Assembly (NCBI GenBank): GCA_044343155.1 | Contig: JAVZSS010000001.1 | Coordinates: forward strand, 6,023 to 70,022 | Length of the DNA: 64,000 bases | Direction of reading: 5' to 3' | Source: Candidatus Aenigmatarchaeota archaeon | GTDB lineage: Archaea; Aenigmatarchaeota; Aenigmatarchaeia; CG10238-14; SpSt-28 | Shown here: piece after piece, positions 28,757 to 37,011 of the stretch | Numbering within the stretch: the stretch's first letter is position 1 | Layout: each line of letters starts with the position of its first letter | Notes under the pieces: generated by a model | Told to the model about the DNA's origin: nothing | The model's database searches: none | What the model saw: the letters and a program-made list of their open reading frames with translations, nothing else | Translations under genes and position numbers: made by a program

Positions 28757-30067
28757 TTAAATTTTTTTCTTCTTAACAAGAATAAGTAAAACTATAAACA
28801 CCATTATTATAAAGATTATTGCTATTCCTAGTGGTGAGGTTACCAATATAACTAAACCTGTTAATCCAGCAGGTGTGGGTTGTATAATTGCTGTACAGAC
28901 ATTTGCTATGCATTTAGTTCCTGATGGACAAACACAATCTTCTGGACAACTTGAGCAAGTTTCTCCAGCCTCACAATATCCGTTACCACATATTGGAGAT
29001 GGAGGTATTTTTTCCTCTATTACTCTTTCAATAGGTCTTTCAATAAATCTAGTTTCAGTTATATTTGTAACATTAGTTATAGTTGTCACATAGGTCGGAT
29101 AACTAACGTAAGTTACCCTAGGAGGATAGTAGAAAGATGTAAATACGCCATAAACACTTAAACTTGTTACATTCATAGAAACATAATTATCAGTTACCTT
29201 TGAGAACATTTGTACCCAGCTTGCAGTTCCATTTGTTATATATAATCTGTAAAAAGTCAGTTTGCTTATATCCCAACCTTTTGCGATTAAAACATCCCTA
29301 TCAAAGTAGTACCTTACTTCTATACTACCGTTAAAAGAGGTTTGATTTATAAGATCAAAATAAATTACTGGAAATGGACTGTTAGTAGGAACTCCTTTAA
29401 AGAATATTGAGCTATAAATTAAAGCTTTAATAGTTATGTTTTGTTGTGGATATGAAATAAATTCAATCTTTTCGAAAGGAGGATTAATTATCAAACTTCC
29501 ATATCCATTTATTACATTAACTGTCGGTTCTAATATAGGAACTCCTATATCTGTCATGAGCTCAATAGTAAAATCAAAAGTCGCTGGTGTAAGTGCTACG
29601 TTTGGAATTAAAGTTATTGTAACATAGTTAAAACTAGATGGCATTACTATGTAAAAGAACTCCGGATTATAGCAATAAAGAGTAAAATTATTTGGAATAG
29701 ATGATTTGAAAGTTTCTCCTATTTGCTCAAAGGTAACAGGCGGTAATACACATGTAAGTGAAATTTCTTGTGTTATAGGACCATTTAAAGCTTGTGTTAA
29801 TAAGTTTCCATAACCAATAAAATCGTTTTCACTAAAAAGATAGCCTTCTGAAGATACATTAACTCTTACTACTAAAGGTGCCCATTCATTGCCTATATAT
29901 TTAAAGCTTACCCTTGATGTGATGGGAGCACCAGCAACTACATTCGTAAAATTCTGGACTACTTGACATAACCTGAAAGGATAAGAAGACTCATCACAAA
30001 GAAGTTGAGCTTTAACTAAGGGAATTACTACCAAGCTTAACAATATAAATATGATTAGCTTTTTCAT
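28757..30067 (-). CDS. Membrane-anchored cell-surface glycoprotein
   Basis: Signal peptide; many NxS/T sequons; PGF-pre-PGF-like beta region; CGNGYCEAGETCSSCPEDC repeat; GLTG + TM + KKKKI tail. Confidence 0.8.
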   Translation of the reverse strand: MKKLIIFILLSLVVIPLVKAQLLCDESSYPFRLCQVVQNFTNVVAGAPITSRVSFKYIGNEWAPLVVRVNVSSEGYLFSENDFIGYGNLLTQALNGPITQEISLTCVLPPVTFEQIGETFKSSIPNNFTLYCYNPEFFYIVMPSSFNYVTITLIPNVALTPATFDFTIELMTDIGVPILEPTVNVINGYGSLIINPPFEKIEFISYPQQNITIKALIYSSIFFKGVPTNSPFPVIYFDLINQTSFNGSIEVRYYFDRDVLIAKGWDISKLTFYRLYITNGTASWVQMFSKVTDNYVSMNVTSLSVYGVFTSFYYPPRVTYVSYPTYVTTITNVTNITETRFIERPIERVIEEKIPPSPICGNGYCEAGETCSSCPEDCVCPSGTKCIANVCTAIIQPTPAGLTGLVILVTSPLGIAIIFIIMVFIVLLILVKKKKI

Positions 30068-30624
30068 CCCGTCACCTGAAGTCTTGTATCACCATTTGGG
30101 TTTGTTTCCAGATAAAAGATAATTGAGGGAGAAGCCATTCCTTTAACTTCATATACTATATATTTTACCGAATTTAGATTTAGAATTGAAGAACTTGTGC
30201 AAGACTCTGAAATTACTGTGAAGTCTGTTGAAGTATTGATACTTTTTTCACAAATCTGAATTTCATTATCATTAGTATCATAGTATTTACAAATTAACCT
30301 TACTTTTGAAGGTTGGGAAGAATAGATTTTTATAGAAAAGTGACATGTAGGAATATAACTAAAGTTAATTCCTCCAAAGTCATCTGACCAAAAGATAATA
30401 GATTGACCATCTTGAAATTGGATTGTGTAAGTAGAATTTGGTTGTACGTTTAGTAGAAGCTTACCTATAGTGTTATTATTGCTCTCTAAATCAGCATAGA
30501 ATGTTGGTCCTCGAACACTAACAGTTCCCAGAACTTTACCATAATAACTTAAAACTCCGGCATAAGTTAGACTAATGAATAAGAAAAACACCATTCCAAA
30601 CATTATCAAGTGTCCCACCTTCAT
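30064..30624 (-). CDS. Secreted beta-rich protein (putative minor fibre subunit)
   Basis: Signal peptide then AGVLSYYGKVLGTVSV; 4 Cys. Confidence 0.65.
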   Translation of the reverse strand: MKVGHLIMFGMVFFLFISLTYAGVLSYYGKVLGTVSVRGPTFYADLESNNNTIGKLLLNVQPNSTYTIQFQDGQSIIFWSDDFGGINFSYIPTCHFSIKIYSSQPSKVRLICKYYDTNDNEIQICEKSINTSTDFTVISESCTSSSILNLNSVKYIVYEVKGMASPSIIFYLETNPNGDTRLQVTG

Positions 30625-30638
30625 TTTCTCCCTTCTTC

Positions 30639-30712
30639 AAGACCCCTGGCAGTTTGACCTGCCCAGAGCTCATAAAAAAACAAAAATGGGGTAGAAACAA
30701 AACTATAGTATT
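30639..30712 (-). terminator. U-rich tract plus GC-rich hairpin inside the surface-protein operon
   Basis: Minus strand TTTTTGTTTTTTT then CTCTGGGCAG-GTCAAA-CTGCCAGGG. Confidence 0.45.
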
Positions 30713-30737
30713 TTACTTGTTTTAATGCTGTTTTACT

Positions 30738-31322
30738 TTATGCTGGTAAGACTTTTACAGTATAGGTATAGTTACCTGGTTCTGCATTAATCTTGAATTT
30801 TATTTTAATACAAAAGTCTTTTTCTCCTCCCGCTTCAAGCTCTAATCTTCTTCCTACTTTTCCTTCTTCAATTCCTGAACCTATCTCATTGTCTGTACAA
30901 CTACCACTAATATATTCTACAAACTTAACCGACTCAATTGCTGCATCTAAATTTGTTTCATTGTCTACTTCATTGTTATTATCATTATCTATACCCACTA
31001 TAATGCTTGCAGATGATTGGCTTGCATAATTTTTAACTCTAAAATATTTTATCTCAGCATTGTTTGACGAGTCCTTTCCATTAACTAGTTCGTCTCCTGC
31101 AACTATCTCACTATAAAAATTTATCTCTCCTTTATAGTCAATTTCCTGAATTTGTTGGTTATCACTACCATAATCAGAAAGTTTTACCGACTGTTGTACT
31201 GTTGCTGTTCCTACTGCTCTTCCATAATAAGTTAGTAGTCCTGCAATTCCTAAACCTGCTAGAACGCTCAAGACAATCATTGTTGCTAGCACAACCCCCC
31301 AATTCAACTTATTACCTTTCAT
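30738..31322 (-). CDS. Secreted beta-rich protein (putative major fibre subunit)
   Basis: Signal peptide then AGLLTYYGRAVGTATV; ends PGNYTYTVKVLPA; ATG 31322 has GGTGA SD (alternative start 31334). Confidence 0.7.
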   Translation of the reverse strand: MKGNKLNWGVVLATMIVLSVLAGLGIAGLLTYYGRAVGTATVQQSVKLSDYGSDNQQIQEIDYKGEINFYSEIVAGDELVNGKDSSNNAEIKYFRVKNYASQSSASIIVGIDNDNNNEVDNETNLDAAIESVKFVEYISGSCTDNEIGSGIEEGKVGRRLELEAGGEKDFCIKIKFKINAEPGNYTYTVKVLPA

Positions 31323-31377
31323 TCGACTCACCATAATATTTTTTGAACAAAACTAATTTAAGCTTTACCATTTTTAA

Positions 31378-31406
31378 TGTACCAACTGTGTACCATTATT
31401 GTACCA
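31378..31406. promoter_or_regulatory. Three TGTACCA direct repeats at 11-bp period
   Basis: Copies at 31378, 31389, 31400; variant TTTACCA at 31364; upstream of the surface operon. Confidence 0.65.
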
Positions 31407-31415
31407 ATTTTGAAT

Positions 31416-31799
31416 TTATCTAACCTTTTTATTTATGTTACATGCTTTTTCTAATTGGGCCTGAGTAAAGAAGTTTCTAGTAGCATAGAGATATATTTCT
31501 TTAATTAAATCAATTTTTTCCTTAACTAGCCCCCAAATTTTTCTTCTCTTTCCATTCTTAGATGTCTTGACTACATTTACAATTCCGTATTCTTTCAATT
31601 TCTCTAAATGATGTAAAACTACTCTATGATTTTTCCCTAAATGATAAGAAATCCTCTCAACACTTAAAGAATGGTCAGTTATACTTGATTTTATCAATAA
31701 ATAAAGGATAGCTACTCGAGTTAAATTCGAGCAAATAAAATCAAGGTCGGCATATATTGCTCTTTCATTTACTTCTTTGCTCTTAAAAATTAACTCCAT
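31416..31799 (-). CDS. ArsR-like winged-helix transcription regulator
   Basis: SNLTRVAILYLL..LSVERISYHLGKNHRVVLHHLEKLKEYGIV. Confidence 0.82.
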   Translation of the reverse strand: MELIFKSKEVNERAIYADLDFICSNLTRVAILYLLIKSSITDHSLSVERISYHLGKNHRVVLHHLEKLKEYGIVNVVKTSKNGKRRKIWGLVKEKIDLIKEIYLYATRNFFTQAQLEKACNINKKVR

Positions 31800-31854
31800 A
31801 AACTTAGTTTTATGTTGAATATTTAAATTTAATAAATAAAAACAAATACTATCT

Positions 31855-32154
31855 ATGGAAATAGAAATAGAAAAGTACTTTCTAAAAATAGATCCTAATA
31901 AGGTACTTTCAAAAATTGTAGAAGAAAGAGTTAATCGCGCTTTTTCTATTTTATTGCTGATTGAAACAATAATAAAAGAAAAACTTGGAAAAAATGTTGA
32001 ATCTTTAAACTTACCTCTTCTAATTGGAAATTCAGTTAAATCTCAAGATGAAAAAGATCAATTCTTAAAGTTGTTAAAAGAAAGGGGAATGAAAGAAAAG
32101 GATTTAGATTTTATAAGGAAACTTATAGAAGAAGTTTATTTCTTAATAGGTTAA
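31855..32154 (+). CDS. Hypothetical protein
   Basis: 99-aa ORF with normal composition. Confidence 0.55.
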   Translation: MEIEIEKYFLKIDPNKVLSKIVEERVNRAFSILLLIETIIKEKLGKNVESLNLPLLIGNSVKSQDEKDQFLKLLKERGMKEKDLDFIRKLIEEVYFLIG

Positions 32155-32188
32155 GAAATTAACAAAAATTTTTGTTTCATCAATCATG

Positions 32189-33418
32189 TCATTCACTTAA
32201 CATTTGTATTAATTTTTTCTTAAATTCTTTTGGTAGCTCTTCATTCAGCATTTTTTCGGTTCCTTCTATCATTGCTTTTAAAACTTTAGGGTCCCCCATC
32301 AATCTTAACATCCATTCGTCTATAATTTTTCTTCTTTCCTCTATCTCAAAAGAAGCCTGTAAGGTTAAAGGCATTCCACAACTTCTGCAAAAACTATTAG
32401 TTGCTTCGTTAATTGTTTTACATCTTACACATACAATTGGTTCCATTTTACTTTCTACTTTTTCTTTTTCTACTCTCTTTATTCCATAAACTTTTCCTAA
32501 AATTGCCTCATCTATATCCCTTGCAGACAAATGTACATAGGTTGCTGCCATTTTACTTGCTTGAGTCCAACCAGCGTAAAATTTTAGCTCTTGTTCAGTT
32601 AAAAACTTTGCTAATTGAGTTAACCTACTATGCCTAAATAAATAAGGATTTATTGTCTTTTTTAAACCAGCAAGTTTTGCAGCTTTTCTTATAACCTTAA
32701 CAAGAGCAGCATAGGTCATAGGTTGGTATTTTCCAACATTCCCTGTTAATATCCACAAAGGTGAGCTCTTATCTTGCTTGAAAGGATGATTTTCAATCCA
32801 ATTTGCCAAGTACGGAGATGCTATTAACAGTCTAATCTTCCTCATTCCAGTTTTCCCAGTAAGAACAATTAAAGCACCATATTCGTCGAAAGTTACATCC
32901 ATTATTCGCATTCCCAGAATTTCTCCAGGTCTTCCTGCACTTTCATATAAACATGCTATTAATGCTTTATCTCTTAAGTTATCGCATTTCTCTATAAGTT
33001 TTTTAACATCTTCTTCAGTAAGTAACTCTTCAGGTAGTTTTGTTTCATTGAGTTTTACATGAATTTTAATATCTTTAACCAAATCTTCTTTTCCCAACCA
33101 TTTGAAAAATTTTCTTATAATAACTCTATACATAGAAACTGTCCAAGGAGAAAAACCACTTTCCTCTATTTTTCTAAGTAGTACTAATATATCATTCTTA
33201 TTTACTTTCTTCAAATCTTTCCTTACCCATTTACAAATTTTATGTAAACATTGTACATACCTACTTACTCTTCCTTTACTCAGTCTTTCATAAACACTTG
33301 TTTCAACAAACTTTTTAATAAGCTCCTTATTACTTTTCAGAACTCCTTTATCTTTCTCCAATCTTTTTAGATCATCCTTAAGCCTTTCTTCATAGTTATG
33401 TATATCAACCTTTTCCAT
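32189..33418 (-). CDS. Tyrosine integrase with C-terminal zinc ribbon
   Basis: ESAGRPGE (R), GKTG (K), YLFRHSR, AGW, ATYVH (Y); CVRC..CRSC; next to att site. Confidence 0.95.
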   Translation of the reverse strand: MEKVDIHNYEERLKDDLKRLEKDKGVLKSNKELIKKFVETSVYERLSKGRVSRYVQCLHKICKWVRKDLKKVNKNDILVLLRKIEESGFSPWTVSMYRVIIRKFFKWLGKEDLVKDIKIHVKLNETKLPEELLTEEDVKKLIEKCDNLRDKALIACLYESAGRPGEILGMRIMDVTFDEYGALIVLTGKTGMRKIRLLIASPYLANWIENHPFKQDKSSPLWILTGNVGKYQPMTYAALVKVIRKAAKLAGLKKTINPYLFRHSRLTQLAKFLTEQELKFYAGWTQASKMAATYVHLSARDIDEAILGKVYGIKRVEKEKVESKMEPIVCVRCKTINEATNSFCRSCGMPLTLQASFEIEERRKIIDEWMLRLMGDPKVLKAMIEGTEKMLNEELPKEFKKKLIQMLSE

Positions 33419-33467
33419 ATTTAGAGGTTAAGAGTAAGGGTTTAAATATTTTTAACTTAAGGATAAG

Positions 33468-33540
33468 CGCCCCCGCCGGGATTCGAACCCGGGTCTCAGG
33501 CGTGACAGGCCTGCATCCTAGACCACTAGACGACGAGGGC
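33468..33540 (-). tRNA. tRNA-Asp(GTC), integration target
   Basis: GCCCTCG/CGGGGGC-G acceptor; CAGGC-CT-GTC-AC-GCCTG; 73 nt. Confidence 0.96.
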
Positions 33541-33593
33541 ATTTTATATATTTATTAAAGCTCATAAGATAAATTTTAAAACAATAAAAATAG

Positions 33594-33714
33594 GGTTGGC
33601 AGCGACGTGGATTTCCCACTCCATAGCGGAGCAGTACTTTCCACACCTCTGGGAGGCTTAACTTCCGGGTTCGGAATGGGACCGGGTGTTTCCCTCCCGA
33701 TCTGGCCGCCAACC
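33594..33714 (-). rRNA. rrf: 5S rRNA
   Basis: GGTTGGCGGC...GCTGCCAACC terminal helix; ACACCCGGTCCCATTCCGAACCCGGAAGTTAAG core; ~121 nt. Confidence 0.95.
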
Positions 33715-33777
33715 AATATAATATTGGAGAATGTTATTTAAATTTTATTTTTTTAATCCAATTTTTAAATTTAAAAG

Positions 33778-34167
33778 ATGGAAGAAGAGAGAAAAAGAGA
33801 ATTGGGAGAAAAATATACATATTTACAGATTCTTTTGGAAAATTTGCTAAGACAGCGAGAGGCTTTAGTTAAAAACTTAGAAGAAATAGAAGAAACCCTA
33901 GAAGCAATTAAAAATTTAAAAAGCGATATGGAAATTCTTTTTTCGGTTGGGGGAAATGTTTTTGGTTTTGGGAAGCTATTAAGTGAAAGATTTTTAGTAA
34001 ATGTTGGCTCTAATATTGGAATTGAAGTTAACAAAGAAAAAGCTTCCGAAATTTTGGAAAGAAGTAAGGAAACTTTAATAAAAAATCTAAATGAAATAGA
34101 AAAAAATATAAATAAAATTGTTTCTGAACAACAAAAAATATTAAACATACTTCAAAATAAAAAATAA
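33778..34167 (+). CDS. pfdA: Prefoldin alpha subunit
   Basis: Coiled coils around VGGNVF and VNVGSNIGIE hairpins; upstream of ftsY. Confidence 0.88.
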   Translation: MEEERKRELGEKYTYLQILLENLLRQREALVKNLEEIEETLEAIKNLKSDMEILFSVGGNVFGFGKLLSERFLVNVGSNIGIEVNKEKASEILERSKETLIKNLNEIEKNINKIVSEQQKILNILQNKK

Positions 34168-34170
34168 AAT

Positions 34171-35112
34171 ATGTTAGATTTTCTAAAAAACAAATTTAAA
34201 AAAATTTTAGAAAAAATTACCAAAGAAGTTAAAACTAAGGAAGAAAAGGCCCCTAAAATTATAAAAAAACTATTTATCAAAAAATTAGAAGAAAAAGATA
34301 TAAGACCGGTTTTAGAAGATCTAGAAGTTGAACTAATACAAGCTGATGTCGCTTTAGAAGTTTGTGAAAAAATTAAAGAAGAACTAATCAAAGAATTGGT
34401 ATCCAAAGAAATAAAAAAAGGTGAAGAAGAAAAATTTATAAAAAACGCATTAAGGAAGAGTTTGCTAAACATTCTAGATCTACCTAAAATTGATTTGTTA
34501 AAAGAGATTCAAAGAAAAAAACCATTTTTAATTGTCTTCTTCGGTTTTAACGGTTCTGGAAAAACTACTACTATAGCAAAAATAGCAAACTATCTTAAAA
34601 ATAGGAATTTAAAATGTGTACTTGCAGCTGGTGACACGTTTAGGGCTGCATCCATTGAACAATTAGAAGAACATGCAAAAAAATTGGGAATAGAAGTTAT
34701 AAAACAAAAATATGGTGCCGATCCTGCCGCAGTAATATATGATGCAAAAAAACACGCTGAAGCAAAAAAGATTGATGTTATACTTGCTGATACTGCTGGT
34801 AGAAGCTATTCAAATGAAAATTTAATGGAAGAATTAAAAAAAATTGTTAGAGTTAATAAGCCAGACCTAAAAATTTTAGTTATAGATAGCTTAACTGGTA
34901 ATGATGCTGTCAATCAAGCAAAATATTTTGGGGAAATAGGTGTTGATGCATTAGTTTTTACTAAGTTAGATGTTAATGAAAAAGGCGGTGCAATTCTTAG
35001 TGTTAGTTATATTTTAAAAAAGCCAATATTGTTTTTGGCAGATGGACAATCGTATGAGGATCTTAAAGAATTTGATGCCGAATCTTTTATCGATAATTTA
35101 TTGGGAGAATGA
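34171..35112 (+). CDS. ftsY: SRP receptor FtsY
   Basis: GFNGSGKTTTIAK, DTFRAA, DTAGR, TKLD. Confidence 0.96.
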   Translation: MLDFLKNKFKKILEKITKEVKTKEEKAPKIIKKLFIKKLEEKDIRPVLEDLEVELIQADVALEVCEKIKEELIKELVSKEIKKGEEEKFIKNALRKSLLNILDLPKIDLLKEIQRKKPFLIVFFGFNGSGKTTTIAKIANYLKNRNLKCVLAAGDTFRAASIEQLEEHAKKLGIEVIKQKYGADPAAVIYDAKKHAEAKKIDVILADTAGRSYSNENLMEELKKIVRVNKPDLKILVIDSLTGNDAVNQAKYFGEIGVDALVFTKLDVNEKGGAILSVSYILKKPILFLADGQSYEDLKEFDAESFIDNLLGE

Positions 35113-35123
35113 TAATTTAGTTT

Positions 35124-36425
35124 ATGTTAGAGACTTTAGCTGAAAAGCTTAAAAATAGTATAAGAAAATTAATTGGAAAGAGCTCAGTAGATGAAAAGGC
35201 CATAGAAGAATTATTAAAAGAATTAAAACTAATATTGTTAGAGGCTGACGTAGATGTAGAAATTGTTAATTCCTTTTTAGAAAATATTAAAAAGAGAGTG
35301 TTTAAAGAAAAGATCCCTCCAGGTTTCACTTTAAGAGATTATACAATCAAAGTCGTTTATGAAGAACTAGTTAAAATACTTGGTGAAAAACCGTATGAAA
35401 TAAATGGGAAAAAAATTATGTTGATTGGTTTGTTTGGCTCCGGAAAAACCACTACTGCCGCAAAACTTGCAAATTATTTGAAGAAATTCGGTAAGGTCGG
35501 GTTGGTTGGATTAGATTATCATAGACCTGCTGCACCAGAACAGCTAAAACAACTAGCTGAAAAGATAAATGTGAAGTATCTGATTGGGTTTAATGCTTAT
35601 GAAGTGGCCAAAGAAAGTTTAGAAAAATTTAAAAATTTTGATTATATAATTTACGATACTGCTGGTAGAGATGCTTTGGATAAAGAATTATCTACTGAAT
35701 TGAAAAAATTAGAAGAATTAATAAAACCAGATGAAAAAATACTTATAATTCCTGCAGAAATTGGTAAAATCGCAAAAAAACAAGCTGAGGAGTTTAATAA
35801 ATTAGTCGGAATAACTGGAATTATAGTTACTAAAATGGATTCTTCTGCAAAGGCTGGATCGGCAATTTCTGCATGTGTTGCGACTGGTGCCAAAGTAAAA
35901 TTTGTTTGTTATGGCGAAAAGTTGGATGCTATAGAAAAATATGACCCAAAAAGATTTGTTTCTAGAATTTTAGGTTTGGGTGATTTAGAAACTTTACTGG
36001 AAAAAGCAAAAGAGGTCATTAAACCTGAAAAAGTTGAAAAAATTGTTGAAGGTGATTTTACTCTAGAAGATTTTATTGAACAATTAGAAAGTTTAAAACA
36101 AATGGGACCGTTTGATAAAATATTATCTATGATACCAGGTTTCAGTATGCCCAAGGATTTAATTAGTAAACAAGAAGAAAGCATGAAAAAATGGAAATAC
36201 ATATATCAATCTATGACTCCTAAAGAAAGAAAAAATCCTGAAATAATCGATGAAAGTAGAATAAAAAGAATTGCTAAAGGGAGTGGGACCTCAGAAGAAG
36301 ATGTAAGAAATCTTCTTTCTAATTATTTTAAGTTTAAAAAAATTATGAAAAGTCTAGGTGGATTACGAGGAATTAATTTTAGCAATATCCAAAAGTTTAT
36401 GAAACAATTTGGATTTAAAATGTGA
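35124..36425 (+). CDS. srp54: Signal recognition particle protein SRP54
   Basis: NG GTPase motifs plus M domain (SMTPKER, SRIKRIAKGSG). Confidence 0.96.
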   Translation: MLETLAEKLKNSIRKLIGKSSVDEKAIEELLKELKLILLEADVDVEIVNSFLENIKKRVFKEKIPPGFTLRDYTIKVVYEELVKILGEKPYEINGKKIMLIGLFGSGKTTTAAKLANYLKKFGKVGLVGLDYHRPAAPEQLKQLAEKINVKYLIGFNAYEVAKESLEKFKNFDYIIYDTAGRDALDKELSTELKKLEELIKPDEKILIIPAEIGKIAKKQAEEFNKLVGITGIIVTKMDSSAKAGSAISACVATGAKVKFVCYGEKLDAIEKYDPKRFVSRILGLGDLETLLEKAKEVIKPEKVEKIVEGDFTLEDFIEQLESLKQMGPFDKILSMIPGFSMPKDLISKQEESMKKWKYIYQSMTPKERKNPEIIDESRIKRIAKGSGTSEEDVRNLLSNYFKFKKIMKSLGGLRGINFSNIQKFMKQFGFKM

Positions 36426-36429
36426 AATT

Positions 36430-37011
36430 ATGAGGGAGTTTATTCTTTTTTCTCGAGGTGTAACTTCAGATTTTAGCTTAAATAATCTGGTTAATGCTGG
36501 TAGAATGGATTTAGTTGCAAGATGTATATCTACAGCCATATTTCTTTCATATTCTTTAAGAAAAGATGTTAAATTTCATGTAGTATTAAACGGACCGCCT
36601 AATCCTCCAGTGACTATATCCTTTTTTACAAATGAACTAAAAAATGTTTCTCCAGATGAAAGAAATATTGCCTCCCATATAAAAATTGCATTAAAAAATT
36701 TAGGTAAAAAAGAAATAAGTGAACCAGGAATATATGTGAAAAAAATTGGTTTTGAAAATTTAGTAAGAGAAAAAGTAGAAGAATACAAAAATTCAGTTTT
36801 TTATTTACACAAAGATGGGGAAGATATAAAAAATATAAACATAAATAAAGATTTTGTTGTAATAATTGGTGATAATAAGGGAATTCCAAAAATATATGAA
36901 AATTTTTTAGAAAAAATAAGTGTTAAAAAAATTTCTTTAGGAAAGATAGAATATTTGAGCTCCCAATGTATAGCAATATTTAATTATGAGGTAGATAGAA
37001 GATGGATATAA
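36430..37011 (+). CDS. trmY: tRNA pseudouridine-54 N1-methyltransferase
   Basis: GRMDLVARC, PDERNIA, SPOUT-type C-terminus; next to pus10. Confidence 0.9.
   Translation: MREFILFSRGVTSDFSLNNLVNAGRMDLVARCISTAIFLSYSLRKDVKFHVVLNGPPNPPVTISFFTNELKNVSPDERNIASHIKIALKNLGKKEISEPGIYVKKIGFENLVREKVEEYKNSVFYLHKDGEDIKNININKDFVVIIGDNKGIPKIYENFLEKISVKKISLGKIEYLSSQCIAIFNYEVDRRWI

Larger units (their letters stand above)
23401..33483. mobile_element. Integrated element (~10.1 kb) at the 3' end of tRNA-Asp
   Basis: Flanking 16-bp direct repeats, adjacent intact tyrosine integrase, replication and regulator genes, no housekeeping genes. Confidence 0.92.

Noticed and set aside
28757..31322. Pleolipovirus-like provirus reading (spike plus membrane proteins)
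   Set aside because: No recognisable multi-TM matrix protein or conserved downstream NTPase, and the anchored protein has cellular surface-protein features. Not preferred, but not excluded without a structure search
33518..33712. 64-aa ORF MAARSGGKHPVPFRTRKL
   Set aside because: It is a translation of the 5S rRNA sequence
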